From the NCBI GenBank assembly GCA_965219415.1, contig OZ244742.1, positions 864,001-928,000 of the forward strand: DNA of 64,000 bases, read 5' to 3'. The notes beneath the pieces were generated by a model. That model was not told the origin of the DNA. It made no database searches and saw only the letters and a list, made by a program, of their open reading frames with translations. Position 1 is the first letter of the stretch; each line of letters starts with the position of its first letter. The translations under genes were made by a program, and so were the position numbers. This document shows, in pieces, positions 40,599 through 52,595 of the stretch. This stretch comes from Candidatus Marinacidobacterales bacterium (GTDB taxonomy: Bacteria > Acidobacteriota > Vicinamibacteria > Marinacidobacterales > DATDRI01).

Positions 40599-41982
40599 GG
40601 GTCTACGCGGATTCGTGTGGGTTGAAAACTGCATTTCTGGGTAATGGCGGAAGGAAAGTCGCCACGATCTTCAGCTTGAGATATTCCTCGTCGCGATAGC
40701 CGTAGGCGCGTCGTTGCAGAACACGGATTTTGTTGTTGACCCCTTCAACTAGGCCGAGACTGACTTTGTTCTCCGGATGACAGTAGGAGGCGATACCATC
40801 CCAATGGGACTCAATCATACCGGCGAACTTCTGGTACGGATGCAGGCGTTGCCATTTGAGGCTGTCTTTCCAACGAGTGAAAAAGGCGCGAGCGCCGCGT
40901 TCGGTGCGGTAATCCCAGAGTTGCCCGAAGACCTCCTTCAAAATATAGGCGGTGTTCAGGCGCCGGTTGGCCTGGAGCAACTTTTTGAGTGCGCGGCGAC
41001 CGTCTAGGCTCAGGTTCTCCCGCCGGGAAAGCAAAGTGTAACGCTGCCCCTTGATGTACGACCGGTCCTTGCCGCTGAGGCGTTTGTACTCACCGCGCCG
41101 GACCTCATCGAAGGCCTTTGACAGATGACGCATGATATGAAACTTGTCGAAGATGATCCGCGCATTAGGCGCGTTGTGAATCACCGAGTTCCGGAAGGGC
41201 TTCCACGTATCCATGGCGGCCAGCTTGATACGGGCGCTTTTCTTTCCGCCCGGCGCCTTGAAGAACAAATCGATGTCGGTTTCTTTGCGACCCTCACCGC
41301 CCACCCAGATGGGACGCGCCCGCTCCAGGTCGCTGACAATGACGCGATAGTTATGTCCCTTGCGGATGGAGATCTCATCGACACCGATGGCCCGAGGCGC
41401 CGGTAGCCCCGCCCGGTCGACCTGCTCTTGCATGTAGAGCGTATCCAGAGCCTTCACCGTACCGTGGTGCAGACGTTCCATCTCGGCCACCGCCTTGTTC
41501 GGCATATCCCGGCACAGCTTGCCCACATGCGTCGCAAAACGCTGGGTGTAGCGCGAGTTGTTCGCCAGCCAGTCTAGGTGTTCTACATGCACACCGCCGC
41601 ACCCAGAACAGTTGACGCGCCAACGCTCGTATTCCAGATAGATCCGCCAGCCTGCCAACGACAGGTCGCGGACCCGGCACACTTGCTTGTCATAGCGCCC
41701 CCGGCACCGTTGCCCACAGTAAGAGCACACAGCTGTTTTTTTCGCCTCTTGAGCTGGATGACGCGGGCGTATCGGTCACCGAATAGACCCTTCAATCCGG
41801 CACCAACCACGAAACCTGGCAGCGCAAACAGCGAGCGGATCGACTGGGAATTTTTCACTCGGCTAGCCTATCCTAAAAATGGACCACTTTTCAGCACCTG
41901 ATGAAGTACTCGATACCTTTTCCACACAATGAGTTACACTGTTTTTCCGTCAGAACTTACCCACACGAATCCGCGTAAACCC
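40599..41982 (-). mobile_element. ISL3-family insertion sequence, copy 2 (1384 bp)
   Basis: Same IRs and identical translated ORFs as copy 1; 8-bp TSD AATCAATT at 40591-40598 and 41983-41990. Confidence 0.96.
40603..41858 (-). CDS. ISL3 transposase (probable -1 frameshift)
   Basis: Identical to 8771-10026. Confidence 0.92.
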
Positions 41983-42095
41983 AATCAATTTAGTCGTTGT
42001 GTGATCCAGATCAAACCTACGGACTGTCGGGACTTGGCGCGCGCCGATCGGTCGTTATGCTAAACTGAGGCCCCGTTCCTACCGGGCTTGGAGCG

Positions 42096-42608
42096 GTGGT
42101 GAACAAAAGCCGTGGAGTCGCCGCCTTGGAAATCCAAAACGTCAAGCTAGAGTTTCCTTCCGACACCAACATCATCCTCGGACAATCGCACTTCATCAAA
42201 ACCGTGGAAGATCTCTACGAGATCATGGTGACAACGGTGCCGGGCGCACCGTTCGGAGTCGCTTTTAGCGAAGCCTCCGGCCCCCGCCTGGTAAGAGCCG
42301 AAGGGAACGATGAAGAACTCAAGCAACTCGCGAGCAAGAACGTGATGGCGATCGCTGCTGGGCATTGCTTTCTTGTGATCATGAGGGAGGCCTACCCCAT
42401 CAATGTCCTCCCACGCATTCGTGATTGTCCAGAAGTGTGCGGAATCTTCTGCGCGACGGCCAACCCGGTTACGGTGCTCGTAGCACTCGCCGACGAGGGG
42501 CGGGCCATCCTCGGTGTGGTTGATGGAGGAGCCCCCCTGGGGATCGAGGCGGGTGCGGACATCGCGAAGAGGAAGGAATTCCTCCGCAACATCGGCTACA
42601 AACGCTAG
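42096..42608 (+). CDS. Adenosine-specific kinase family (DUF355) protein
   Basis: NIILGQSHFIKTVEDL, AFSEASG, CATANP, GVVDG; true start may be TTG 42126. Confidence 0.9.
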   Translation: MVNKSRGVAALEIQNVKLEFPSDTNIILGQSHFIKTVEDLYEIMVTTVPGAPFGVAFSEASGPRLVRAEGNDEELKQLASKNVMAIAAGHCFLVIMREAYPINVLPRIRDCPEVCGIFCATANPVTVLVALADEGRAILGVVDGGAPLGIEAGADIAKRKEFLRNIGYKR

Positions 42609-42869
42609 CCGCCGGGCCAGCTGCTCACGCTTCGGGGCGTTCCTTGCAGGCAGATACTGAGACAGGCGTATCTTTCGACGAGGAATGCAGAGCCGAGGGA
42701 CAAAGTTCACATGGCGGCTCCGACGCGCAACATTTCTCGATCGGTCGCGCCAGCAGCCGTCTTATCGCCACCCAATCGGGCTCCCGGTGCGAGATCTTGC
42801 CGGAATTCATCGGATGAACGGTTTTCATCGATAAACCTCGAGGAAACGCCGGGGTAGAATCAGATTAGC

Positions 42870-43075
42870 AGGGAACATCGTGCGACAACAATTGGCAGCT
42901 GGAGTGGGGCGACATGACCGAGAGCAACCTTGGTGAGAAGCACTTTCTGGGACCGGGCGATTTCATTGAGGTGCCGGCGGGAACCCTGCAATCCGCCGAG
43001 GTGATCGGGAACGAACCAGTCGAAAGTTTCGACGCGACCCAATCCGCTCACTCTCCTCGAATAGGCGGCCCATGA
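42870..43075 (+). pseudogene. Cupin-domain remnant with internal deletion
   Basis: WGDMTESNL joined to GEKHFLGPGDFIEVPAGTLQSAEVIGNEPVESFDA (cupin motif 2); motif 1 (HxH) missing. Confidence 0.55.
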
Positions 43076-43076
43076 A

Positions 43077-44147
43077 GTGAAGCCGCCGCCGCCCCGCCCA
43101 CTCATCGCCGCCGCCCGACCGGTCGAAATCCCAGACCACAATCGGATAGGCAAGCTGCGCTTGGATATGAACGAGAACCAATGGGGCCCCTCACCTCGGG
43201 TTCTCACCGCCCTTTCGTCTTTATTGGACGATGGCGGCCGGGCGTTGTCGCTTTATGGGTTCCATCAACAGTTGCTCGGCCTTCTCTCCGAGCGATTGCG
43301 CGTTCCTTCCGGCGAAATTCTGATCACGGCCGGGGCAGACGAAGGAATTTCCCTACTGTTCGAGGCGTTCAGGTCCCCCCACGATACGGTGGTGCTTCCC
43401 GATCCAACCTTTGTGACGTTTCTAACCGAGGCCGAAACGACAGGTGACACTATCCAGCGCGTTCCGTACCGCGAAGACCTGCAGTTCCCCAGGCAAGAGT
43501 TCTTGGAAGCGATGGCCGCACGACCGCGAATGGCGATCATCGTGAACCCGAACAACCCCACCGGTACGGCGGTGGAGATCGATTGGATCGAGGCGCTTTG
43601 CAGCAAAGCTCCCGACACTCTCGTCGTTTGCGACGAAGCCTACGTGGAGTACCACGGCGAGACGACCCTCTCTATTCGCCCTCGCCCGGCAAACCTGGCG
43701 GTCGTGCGCACCTTCTCCAAAGCATATGGCCTGGCGGGTTTGCGAGTGGCCTTCGTGGTCGCGCACGCGGAGGTCGTCGCCTCGCTGCAAAAGGTTAGAA
43801 CGCCGTTTTCGGTGAGCACCGCGGCCTTGGTGGCGGCGTGTGCTGCGCTCGAGGACTCAGACTTCCTTGATGCACACGTAGAAATGGTGCGGAAGGAGAT
43901 GTCCTCTCTCGTCGAGTCCCTGCGGGGTTTGGGGTTCGATGCGGTGCCCACACGTACCAATTTCGTTTTGCTGCACGCCGGGGATGATGCGCCCAGGCTA
44001 GTCTCGAAGCTTGCGACAAAGGGGATCGTTGTCAGCAACCGAAGTCACGACCAAGGGTTGGAGGGTGTGCTTCGAATCGCGGTTGGCCGGCCTGACCAAA
44101 GCAAACGCTTGGTGGATGCACTCGGCCAGCTCCGGGCTCGGAGTTAG
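43077..44147 (+). CDS. hisC: Histidinol-phosphate aminotransferase family
   Basis: LDMNEN, GADE, NPNNPTG, DEAY, RTFSKAYGLAGLR. Confidence 0.85.
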   Translation: MKPPPPRPLIAAARPVEIPDHNRIGKLRLDMNENQWGPSPRVLTALSSLLDDGGRALSLYGFHQQLLGLLSERLRVPSGEILITAGADEGISLLFEAFRSPHDTVVLPDPTFVTFLTEAETTGDTIQRVPYREDLQFPRQEFLEAMAARPRMAIIVNPNNPTGTAVEIDWIEALCSKAPDTLVVCDEAYVEYHGETTLSIRPRPANLAVVRTFSKAYGLAGLRVAFVVAHAEVVASLQKVRTPFSVSTAALVAACAALEDSDFLDAHVEMVRKEMSSLVESLRGLGFDAVPTRTNFVLLHAGDDAPRLVSKLATKGIVVSNRSHDQGLEGVLRIAVGRPDQSKRLVDALGQLRARS

Positions 44148-44155
44148 CAACCGAG

Positions 44156-45581
44156 TTACTTAGACCGGTCGATAAACCGATGAATACTGGACAGGTATTC
44201 GAACGACAAGAGCTGCGGCTCACTTTCATTGGCGGCGAGTAGCTCGAGTGCCACCATCCCGCTCTTGCCATCGCGCAGCACCCCGGCGAAGTCGATGGAA
44301 AGATCGGCCAAGGGCTCGGTCCCCTCGGCCCCTGCGATCACCACGACATCCATCGATTCGCTGAGATCCTTTAGACCCTTGGCGCAAGAAGCAATTGTGT
44401 CGCCGTTCTGGCCTAGATACTCGATACCATCCACGAACAGTGCGCAGATAGCGCCCCCGCTCGAGTCCAAAAGCTGCCGGCACATCTTGCGGATGAGCCC
44501 GATGTTCGTCTCCTTGCCCGCCTCCACCACAAAGACCCGTTTCATCCAGGAAGAAGCCTGCTTGCCGCATTTCTCGATTTTCTTCCACTCCTGCGAGTCC
44601 TTTTTGAGACGACCCTTCTCGATGTCCCGAGAAGAAACGCCGGACAAACGGGACAAAGTGCGAACTCTCAACGCGTCCTTGGAAAGTCGGAAAGACAGAT
44701 AGAGGCAAGGCACGCGAGCACCTTCGGCAATCTGATCGGTGAGCTGCTTGAGAAAACCAGAAAGCCGCTCGGGCTCGTCGTCCACTACCAGCACGACGCC
44801 GGGCCCCAACCCCTCGGTGGCCTCGTCCAGAGAAGCAAAACCACTCTCGAGTGTCTTTCCCTGTTTCGACCCTAGCTCTTCCAGATAGCTGCCGAGCTCG
44901 GTGCCTTCGGAAGCCAAAACGAGAGGACTGCTTTTCGCCAAGGGGGGTTTGCTCTTGGGCTTGCCAAACGCCGGATCGCTCTTGGCCAGAGCGGGTGCGT
45001 TTCTCTTGGCGCTCTTCACTTCAGGCCCCGGTGTGCTTCGCGCGCTCTTCGCGGAAATATTGACCTGGGTCAGGCTAGGATCGGACTTGGGATCCTGTGG
45101 CGGCTTCGCCGTGACCGACCGCGGTTTAGCGGGACGTTTCTCCGCGGCCGTGAACCGCGGATTCGTCTCCGCCTCCGGTTCCACTTCCGCGTCATCGGGC
45201 CGCGGTGGGAGCCCCAAGGAGGAACGCTCCTTTATCTTCGCGACCTGCTGCTCCAATTCCGGCATCGGGGGAAGATCGCCGTTGAAGAAGATCCTCCAGG
45301 TAGAATCCTTCGGGGTAGTCGACCGATCGCTGCTTGAGCTCCTCGTCCAAATTGCTGTGGACGATGTAGTCTCCCTTGCGATGCATGTCCTCCAGGGCTT
45401 CGAAGATCGCCCCGTTCACGGGGAAGTAGAAATCGTGGCTGGTAAGGACGTCCGGGATCTTGTACTTCGGCTCGGAGCCAGCTGTGTTGACGGTTAGACA
45501 CAGAGTCTGGAGGATCGATGTCTCGAGTTCTAGCAGCTTGCCCAGCCCAACTTCGGCAAAGGCTTTTGCGTTGGTAGCCAT
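44156..45581 (-). CDS. DnaB-like protein with degenerate ATPase domain (1-bp frameshift at ~45288)
   Basis: DnaB-N like LE..IL...DFY...IFEAL; C-domain SGFASLDEATEGL, YLSFRLS..L..R.LS..SGV, FVDGI, AKGLKDLSESMDVVV. Confidence 0.65.
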
Positions 45582-45682
45582 TTCCTCCCTCCGATGGCGC
45601 AAAAACCCGCCACCCGACGATTGAGACCCTGGTATCGAATCAAGGGCAGGTCGTATTCCGCACGGCTGTACCCATCGAAGAT

Positions 45683-48029
45683 TTGAAACCTTTTTTTGCC
45701 CATAGCCAAGAAATCGTGCGGCGAGTCGAGGTTCAACACTCGACGATTATCGGAGAGATCCAGGAAAGAGGGCTCGAACCCACGCCCCAGCAACGCGTGG
45801 CTCAGCCGTCGGGCGATCCTAAGCCGGAGGTGCCCGGCTTGGGAAAGAGGCTACAGAGAGCACTCGCCTACTTGGGTAAGAAGGATTTCGCTTTGGCGGA
45901 GCGCGAGCTTCGCGAGATCCTCGACAGAGACTCCAATTTTATCGAGGCGCGAGAGCTTCTAGAGATCGTACAAGCCTCTGGCACGGAGAAGGCTCCTCCA
46001 GCCGCCAGCACGTCCGATCGCTTGCGGGCTGGTGCTGAAGCGTTGACGCGAGGATGGAGGAGCTCAGCCATCCAGAACTGGGCGCGGGGACTATCTGCCG
46101 ATCCATCGAACCGTATCTTCCAGCTACTGGTGCTCCTGACGACCACGCCGTCGGCAGAGAGAAGAACCAACTACCTCCAAGAACTCTTGTCCATGGGTCA
46201 AAAATTGCTTGCTGACAACCGCTCGGAAGAGGCGCACGCCTTGCTCCTCGCTCTCCAGGCTATTGAAGACCCGGAAGGGATCTCTCCTCAGCTCTCCGGA
46301 GCGTCGATCGGCCCGACCCTTTCTTCCGATCCGTCGGCTCCACCGAATTTGAAACCGACCGATACGCAACCCACTCTCGTGAATCCCCCGGCTTCCTTGT
46401 CAACGCTGATAGAGAGTGGGCCCTCGTCTCCACCGGCATCGCCCGTCTCTGGTCCCCTCGTCGACCAGTCACACGACGAACACCCAGAGCGCGAGGCCGC
46501 GCTCGTCGAGGCCAGCGAGGCAGAAGTGGAGGCCCGCAAACAACCACTACCGCGCCACAGCTCGTCGCGACGTCACTTTGCGGGGGGTGCGTTCTGGGAA
46601 CTGCTCGGGCTCCATCCCGCGCTCGTTCTCGGGGGAGCAGGTGCGCTGGTTCTTGCCACGGTGGGCTTGATCTTTTTCCTAGGCCGGAGCGAGGAGCCCG
46701 GGAACGAGCAGCTGCAAAAGGCGGCCAGCCTAGTAGCCACCGGTCAATTCGATCGCGCCATCGCGGCCTACGATCAGATCCTTAGGTCCGGCCAGTTCGA
46801 AGTGCTCGCCTACCTGGGTCGGGGTCGCGCGCGACTCGCGGCTGGGCGGGAGGAAGGCCTAGACGATCTAACGCGCGCCGCAGAGCTCGCACCCGATTCT
46901 CCCGCAATACTCGAGGAGATGGCGGACGGATTCTACACACGAGGTCGCTTCGTCGAGGCGGCAACCGTCTATGGCAAATCGATATCGCTCGGCAAAGACA
47001 ACGCCAACGCCCGGTACCGCCTGGCCACGAGCCTGGTCCAACTCGACCGCCACCATGAAGCGCTCCCGCACCTCAAGGCAGCGCTCAGCATCGACGCATC
47101 GCACGGAGAAGCGCGCTACCTCTACGGAACGTTGCTCAACTCCACGGGCCAGTTCACAGAGGCCGAGAACGAGCTCCGAGGAGCGCGAACGCGTTTCGAT
47201 CCGGGTGCCGATTACTTCGTCGAGCTCGGACTCGCTCTCCTAGGCCAAGGGAAGCTGGACGGAGCGGAAGAGATCGCGAGGGACTTCGAGCGGTACGATC
47301 CTGGCGACGCTCGAGCACACACGCTGCTGGGAGAAGTCTACTTGGAACGACGGCGTTTCGAAGCAGCTCGTCACGAGCTCATCACCGCCCTGCAGACGAA
47401 TGCCGATCAACCCCGCGCCCAATTGGCCCTCGGTCGAGTCTGGTTGGCGATCGGCCGGTCCAAGGGGGATCGGGGAGACCTCGCCAAGGCAAAGACAGGT
47501 ATTGCAGGACGCTCGTGGAGTTCCGAAGGGCGAGCGCCTGTTGACTCTCGGTCAGATCTCGTTGGCGGAGGGAGACTCGTTCAACGCAATCAACTCCTTC
47601 GAGAACTCGATTGCCCAAGGTGGAAATCGCCTTCCGGCTCGGCTCGGTCTTGCCGAAGCTCGCTTCGCTGCGCAAGACTTCGCGGGAGCGGCCAAGGAGT
47701 TGGAGTCCGCCGAAATCCTTGCCCCCGCTGACCCAGCTATCGCGTTATCGTTGGGGCTGATTCACTCGCAAATGAAGAACTTTCCGAAAGCAGCTCAGGA
47801 ATACCTAAAAGCCATTCACCGAGTCGGGTTGACGAAACCGGCGGAAGAGAAAAGCGGGCCGGTGGTCCTACCCACGCCTTACGTCGACGTTCCCGCCTCG
47901 TTCGACGTCAACCGAGTGATTCGCGATGCTTATCGAAGAGCGCTCGCCACGGACAGAGAGAACAAAGTGGCGAGCGCGCTCAAGGAAATCGCGCAGTCCA
48001 CTTCATTCGTCATTTCGGGACCGGCCTGA
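45683..48029 (+). CDS. Membrane-anchored TPR-repeat protein (1-bp frameshift at ~47492)
   Basis: Multiple TPRs on both sides of a single TM; repeats continue in ORF 47400-48029. Confidence 0.8.
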
Positions 48030-48368
48030 CGAAAGTGTCCCCTCGGCACGACGGCTTTCGGAATCGGCGAAATGAACCTCACCACCACCTATATAGAAGC
48101 GGGTCCCCTTCTTCAGCTGTAGACAATGCTCGATTTCGGGGTCGGTTTTCCCGGCCCCGAGAACGTGGGCACGCAGGAGCACCCACCAGCACGCCAGCGT
48201 GTCACGCGCTCGTCGGATAACCGAGGAACGCGGTCCGGCCTGCTCTGCCGATTCGGCCTGCTCGGGCTGTCGAGACGCACCAACCAATTCCATGCTAGAG
48301 ATGCTAGCCTCTGCGAACTGCTCTGCCTGTGAGGCAGCCAACAAAGTCGCGGAGTTTCTAGTAATGGC

Positions 48369-49151
48369 TCAACGACGCTTGCGTCGATCTCCGCAGACTC
48401 CCCGCTTGCTAGCCTGGATGAACTCCGCGAGTCGCTTGCTGGGCTCGGCACCCAGACTCTGAATGCGGCGAAGGGCTTCCTCCCTTGGAAGATTCGACCG
48501 ATATAAGAGGCGGTACGCTTCTTTGAGAGCGCGGACGTCATCGGAGCTGAACCCGGCTCTTCGCAAACCTACCAAGTTGAGCCCCACCGCGCGACCGGGC
48601 ACACCGTCGACGGTAAAAAAAGGAGGCACGTCCAAGTTGATCTTCGATCCTCCGCCGACCATCGCGAGCTCTCCGATTCGAGAAAACTGATGCACGACCA
48701 CGCCGCCCGAGATGAACGCCTTCGCTCCTACGTGAATGTGTCCCGCCAACGCGACGTAACTTGCAACGATGGCTCCATCACCAATGTCACAATCATGGGC
48801 GATGTGGCCATAAGCCATGAGGAAACAATTCCGGCCGAGTCTGGTAACGCCGCCTTCCCGTCCACTGCGGTGCACCGTGGCGTACTCGCGAATTACGGTC
48901 TGATCGCCGACGTCCGCGAAACTCTCGACCGGTCGATACTTCAGATCCTGGGGCTCACCACCGAGGACCGCTCCCTCGAAGATCCTTACATCCTTCCCGA
49001 GACGGAGGCCTCGTTTGAGCACCGAGCGAGCAGCGATCTGACATCCGTCGCCCACTACCACTCCGGGCTCGATGATGACTTGTGGGCCGATCTCGATTTT
49101 GGAGCCGAGCTCGCTATCGGAACTCACGATCGCAGTGGAATGGACGGACAT
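48369..49151 (-). CDS. lpxA: Acyl-ACP--UDP-N-acetylglucosamine O-acyltransferase
   Basis: VHSTAIV, PQDLKY, IREYATVHR, HIAHDC, VHQF, GLNLVGLRR. Confidence 0.92.
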   Translation of the reverse strand: MSVHSTAIVSSDSELGSKIEIGPQVIIEPGVVVGDGCQIAARSVLKRGLRLGKDVRIFEGAVLGGEPQDLKYRPVESFADVGDQTVIREYATVHRSGREGGVTRLGRNCFLMAYGHIAHDCDIGDGAIVASYVALAGHIHVGAKAFISGGVVVHQFSRIGELAMVGGGSKINLDVPPFFTVDGVPGRAVGLNLVGLRRAGFSSDDVRALKEAYRLLYRSNLPREEALRRIQSLGAEPSKRLAEFIQASKRGVCGDRRKRR

Positions 49152-49188
49152 GGGATGCTCCGTGGGGTGGGTCTTGGCTGGGTTTGGC

Positions 49189-50424
49189 TCAGTCGAGATA
49201 TTCCTGGACGACGGCCTCGACTTCCGAGTCCTCGAGCACTCGCTCGGATTTCTTCGCTGCTTGAAAGATAGCCTCGACCAGTTCGTCCTTGACCGGAAGA
49301 CCCCGTGAGGCCAGCCAGAATTGCACGTTCGACAAACCACACATCGGGCCAACCTCGATCTTTTGCTCTAGACCGAACTCGCCCGCCGGCACTCCCGAGT
49401 ACACCCGGTCGGCCAACCAGGCATCCTTTTTCTTGAAAGCCTTGATGACTGAAGCGGCGTGAACGCCCGTGCCGGTGCGAAATGCGTCGGAACCGACGAC
49501 AGGATAACCGGCAGGAATAGGAACGCCGGTCGCCTCGGAAACGGTCCGGCAGTAGTCGGGCAGCCGCGTAAGATCGTTATCGATGACACCCATCAGCTTG
49601 AGGTTCACTAAAAGGAGATCCATCGAAGTGTTGCCGCATCGTTCACCGATTCCCAGGGCGCAGCCGTGCACGCGATCGACGCCCGCCTCGATGGCGGCCA
49701 AGCTGTTCGGAATGTCCAGCCCGCGGTCCCGGTGGCCGTGCCAGTCGATCTTCACCGGCTCGCCGGTATCAGCAACGACGCCCTTGATGAAGTCGACAAG
49801 TTTGCGCACGCCTTCCGGGGTAGCGTGCCCGACGGTATCGCAGAGACAGATGCGCCGGGCGCCACATTCGATGGCAGTGGTATAAAGCCTGCGCAGCGTC
49901 TCCGGGCGGGCACGAGTCGTATCCTCGGTGACGTACATGTTGGAGAGGCCGTTTTCAACAACGTACGTCACGGCCTCCTCAGTGTGCTTGAGTAGCCGAT
50001 CGAGCTCCCAGTCCTCTGCGTATTGGCGAATCGGGCTCGAACCGATGAACGTTCCACACTCGATTGGCAACCCAACCTTTTGAGAGATTTCGACGATCGG
50101 CTCGATATCCGACCTTAGAGTACGGGCGGCGCAGTTCGGTGCGACCGAGAGCTTTTGATCGGCGATCTCTTTCGCCAGTCGCAGGACCTGCTCTTGAACA
50201 AGGGGACCGGCCCCTGGAAGGCCTATGTCTGCAGAGTGGATCCCGAGGTCGTTGATGAGATGGAGGATCTCCAGCTTCTTTTCGATGGGGGGCGAGATGA
50301 CCGAAGGGCTCTGGAGTCCATCCCTAAGTGTTTCATCATCGAACTCGATCGTTTTCGCCAACTCGGGGGGCGCAGTCCCCTCACGGTTCCAGTCATAGAT
50401 GAGATCTCTCTCCCGCCCCTCCAT
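49189..50424 (-). CDS. LeuA-family DRE-TIM synthase (short form, no regulatory domain)
   Basis: DETLRDGLQ, DTVG, HGHRDRG, GIGERCGN. Confidence 0.88.
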   Translation of the reverse strand: MEGRERDLIYDWNREGTAPPELAKTIEFDDETLRDGLQSPSVISPPIEKKLEILHLINDLGIHSADIGLPGAGPLVQEQVLRLAKEIADQKLSVAPNCAARTLRSDIEPIVEISQKVGLPIECGTFIGSSPIRQYAEDWELDRLLKHTEEAVTYVVENGLSNMYVTEDTTRARPETLRRLYTTAIECGARRICLCDTVGHATPEGVRKLVDFIKGVVADTGEPVKIDWHGHRDRGLDIPNSLAAIEAGVDRVHGCALGIGERCGNTSMDLLLVNLKLMGVIDNDLTRLPDYCRTVSEATGVPIPAGYPVVGSDAFRTGTGVHAASVIKAFKKKDAWLADRVYSGVPAGEFGLEQKIEVGPMCGLSNVQFWLASRGLPVKDELVEAIFQAAKKSERVLEDSEVEAVVQEYLD

Positions 50425-50487
50425 TAATGTCTCCTCGACCCATTGTAGATCGATCTTCTCGCGAGAAACGAATTGGCTGAGGGACTC

Positions 50488-51593
50488 TCAGGAATCCTTG
50501 TATACAATCCGGTAGATGACACCGGCTTCGTCATCAGAAACGAGAAGCGCCCCATCCGGCATGACCAGGATATCGACTGGCCGGCCCCAGGCCTCCTCGC
50601 CCTGCAGCCAACCTTCGGCGAAGGTCTCGTAGCTTACCGGATCATCTCCGTCCAGCTCCACGCGCATCACGCGATAACCGATCTTCTTGCTTCGATTCCA
50701 CGAGCCGTGTTCGGCGAAGAAGATCTGGCCTCGATAGGACTCGGGAAACATGGAACCGGTGTAGAAGCGCAACCCGAGCGCCGCGACGTGGGGACCGAGC
50801 GCTTTCGCAGGCGGCACGAACTCATCGCAGGTTCGATCGCCTCCGAACTTTGGGTCGGGAAATTTGCCGCCGTGACAATAGGGAAAGCCAAAATGTAGTC
50901 CTGGACCAGGAGCGTGGTTGAACTCGTCGGGAGGAATATCATCTCCCAACTGGTCTCGGCCATTGTCAGTGAACCACAGCTCTTTGGTCTCGGGGTGCCA
51001 CGAGAATCCGACGCTGTTGCGCACTCCCCGCGCGTAGACTTGCAGGTCCGTCCCGTCAGGATTCATCTGGAGAATCGAGGCATAGCGTTCATCGTCTCGC
51101 TCGCAGATATTGCAGGGCGCGCCTACCGGCACATAGAGTTTGCCGTCCGGCCCAAAAGCGATGAACTTCCAACCATGGGACTCGTCTTGTGGCAAATCGT
51201 CGCGAATCACAACCGGAGTGGGAAGGTCTCCCAGATTCGACTCGATGTCGTCGAAACGGCAACCCGATTCACTGCCGCCACATACAGCGCCCCCTCCCGA
51301 ATCGCCACCCCGTTGGGCATGTTCCAACCTTCGATGAGGGTGATGATTTTGTCGGCGCGATCGTCTTGATCTTGGTCGAGAACTGCATAGACATTGCCTT
51401 CGTCCATCGTCCCTACGAATAGGGTCCCGTTGGGGCCAAGAGCCATCGAGCGGGCATTGGGAACCCCCGTCGCGTAGAGATGAATCTCGAATCCGGGCGG
51501 AAGCTTGATTCGGTCGAGAGAGAGTTCTTCCGCGGCGGTACATCCGACGGAGAGAAGGACTGCGACGAGCGCAGTGAATCGCGTCAATCTCAT
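50488..51593 (-). CDS. PQQ-dependent sugar/sorbosone dehydrogenase family (frameshift at ~51260)
   Basis: LPPGFEI..ARSMA, HGWKFIAFGPDGKLY, GVRNSVG, HGSWNRS, GRPVD. Confidence 0.88.
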
Positions 51594-52595
51594 CAGGGTT
51601 CCCCAACCGATTCCGTGACCCACTTGTCCGGAATCGAAATCACATTAAGCTGATCGGAGCCCTCACAAGAGACGTAAAGTTTCCGGCCGGTCGGGTGTAC
51701 CGCCATCACGATCGGCTGGTCCCCGACTTGGATTTGAGAGAGAACGGAAAGTTTGTCGGTATCCAAGACCGACACCGTCGCCGAAGCGACGTTGTTGACG
51801 AAGCCAAGACTGCCGTTCGGCGACAAGACCATCGAGAACGGCTCCTTGCCGAGGCCGCTTCCGACCGTCGAGTCGATTTCATGGGTGTGGATATTCAGGA
51901 AATCGATGCGATCGGAGCCGCGGTTGACGACCGCTACATGCTTGTCGTCCGGCAGCATGGTGCTTCCCGACGGGTTCTTGCCAACTCGAACGGTGTCGTC
52001 GACCGTCCGAAGTAGAAGGTCGATGACCGTGACCTCACCGTTAGCGTAGCTCGGAACGAACAACCAGCGCCCATCCCGACTGAGCGCGGGAGGAAACGGG
52101 CGCTCGCCGGTCTCGAAGGAGCCCACGACTTCGAACGGGTCGAGTGAAACCTCGTACACCCGATTGTCCTGCTCGCAGGAGACAAAAGCCCCACGACCGT
52201 CCTTCGATAGAGTGAAGAGAGTCGGGTGAGACCCGACCTTTCGAGTTTCGACGATGTCACCGGTGAGAAGATTGATCAGAGAGAGCCGATCCGCCCCGAA
52301 ATGGCTCACCACTCCATGTCGACCATCGGGAGTCACTGCAATGCCAATGGGTTGGTCGCTGAGCTTAAAGCTTCTCTGGTAGGCATCGGTGTCGTAGTCG
52401 AAGACGGTGAGGGTTTGGCCTTCCGTCGACACCAGGTAGACTTCTCGACCATCTTGGGAGAAGGCGATCCCGTGCGGGTTCTCGGGTACCCGGGAGCGTC
52501 TTGATGACCCGGAACGCTTGCTGCTCGCCGAAACCAAGTGAGGACCAGGCCAGGATCGTTCCGAAAAACGCCCCTCCGATTCGGTGCTTCATCAA
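51593..52595 (-). CDS. YncE/YVTN-type beta-propeller protein (frameshift at ~52490)
   Basis: Repeats P.GIA.SPDG...V.N; signal peptide in upstream frame. Confidence 0.82.

Noticed and set aside
42625-42828. Small Cys-rich ORF on the minus strand
   Set aside because: No recognisable family or clear RBS, so it cannot be supported
48003-48344. 113-aa ORF between the TPR gene and lpxA
   Set aside because: It could be real, but it has no motif or convincing start and overlaps the convergent TPR stop
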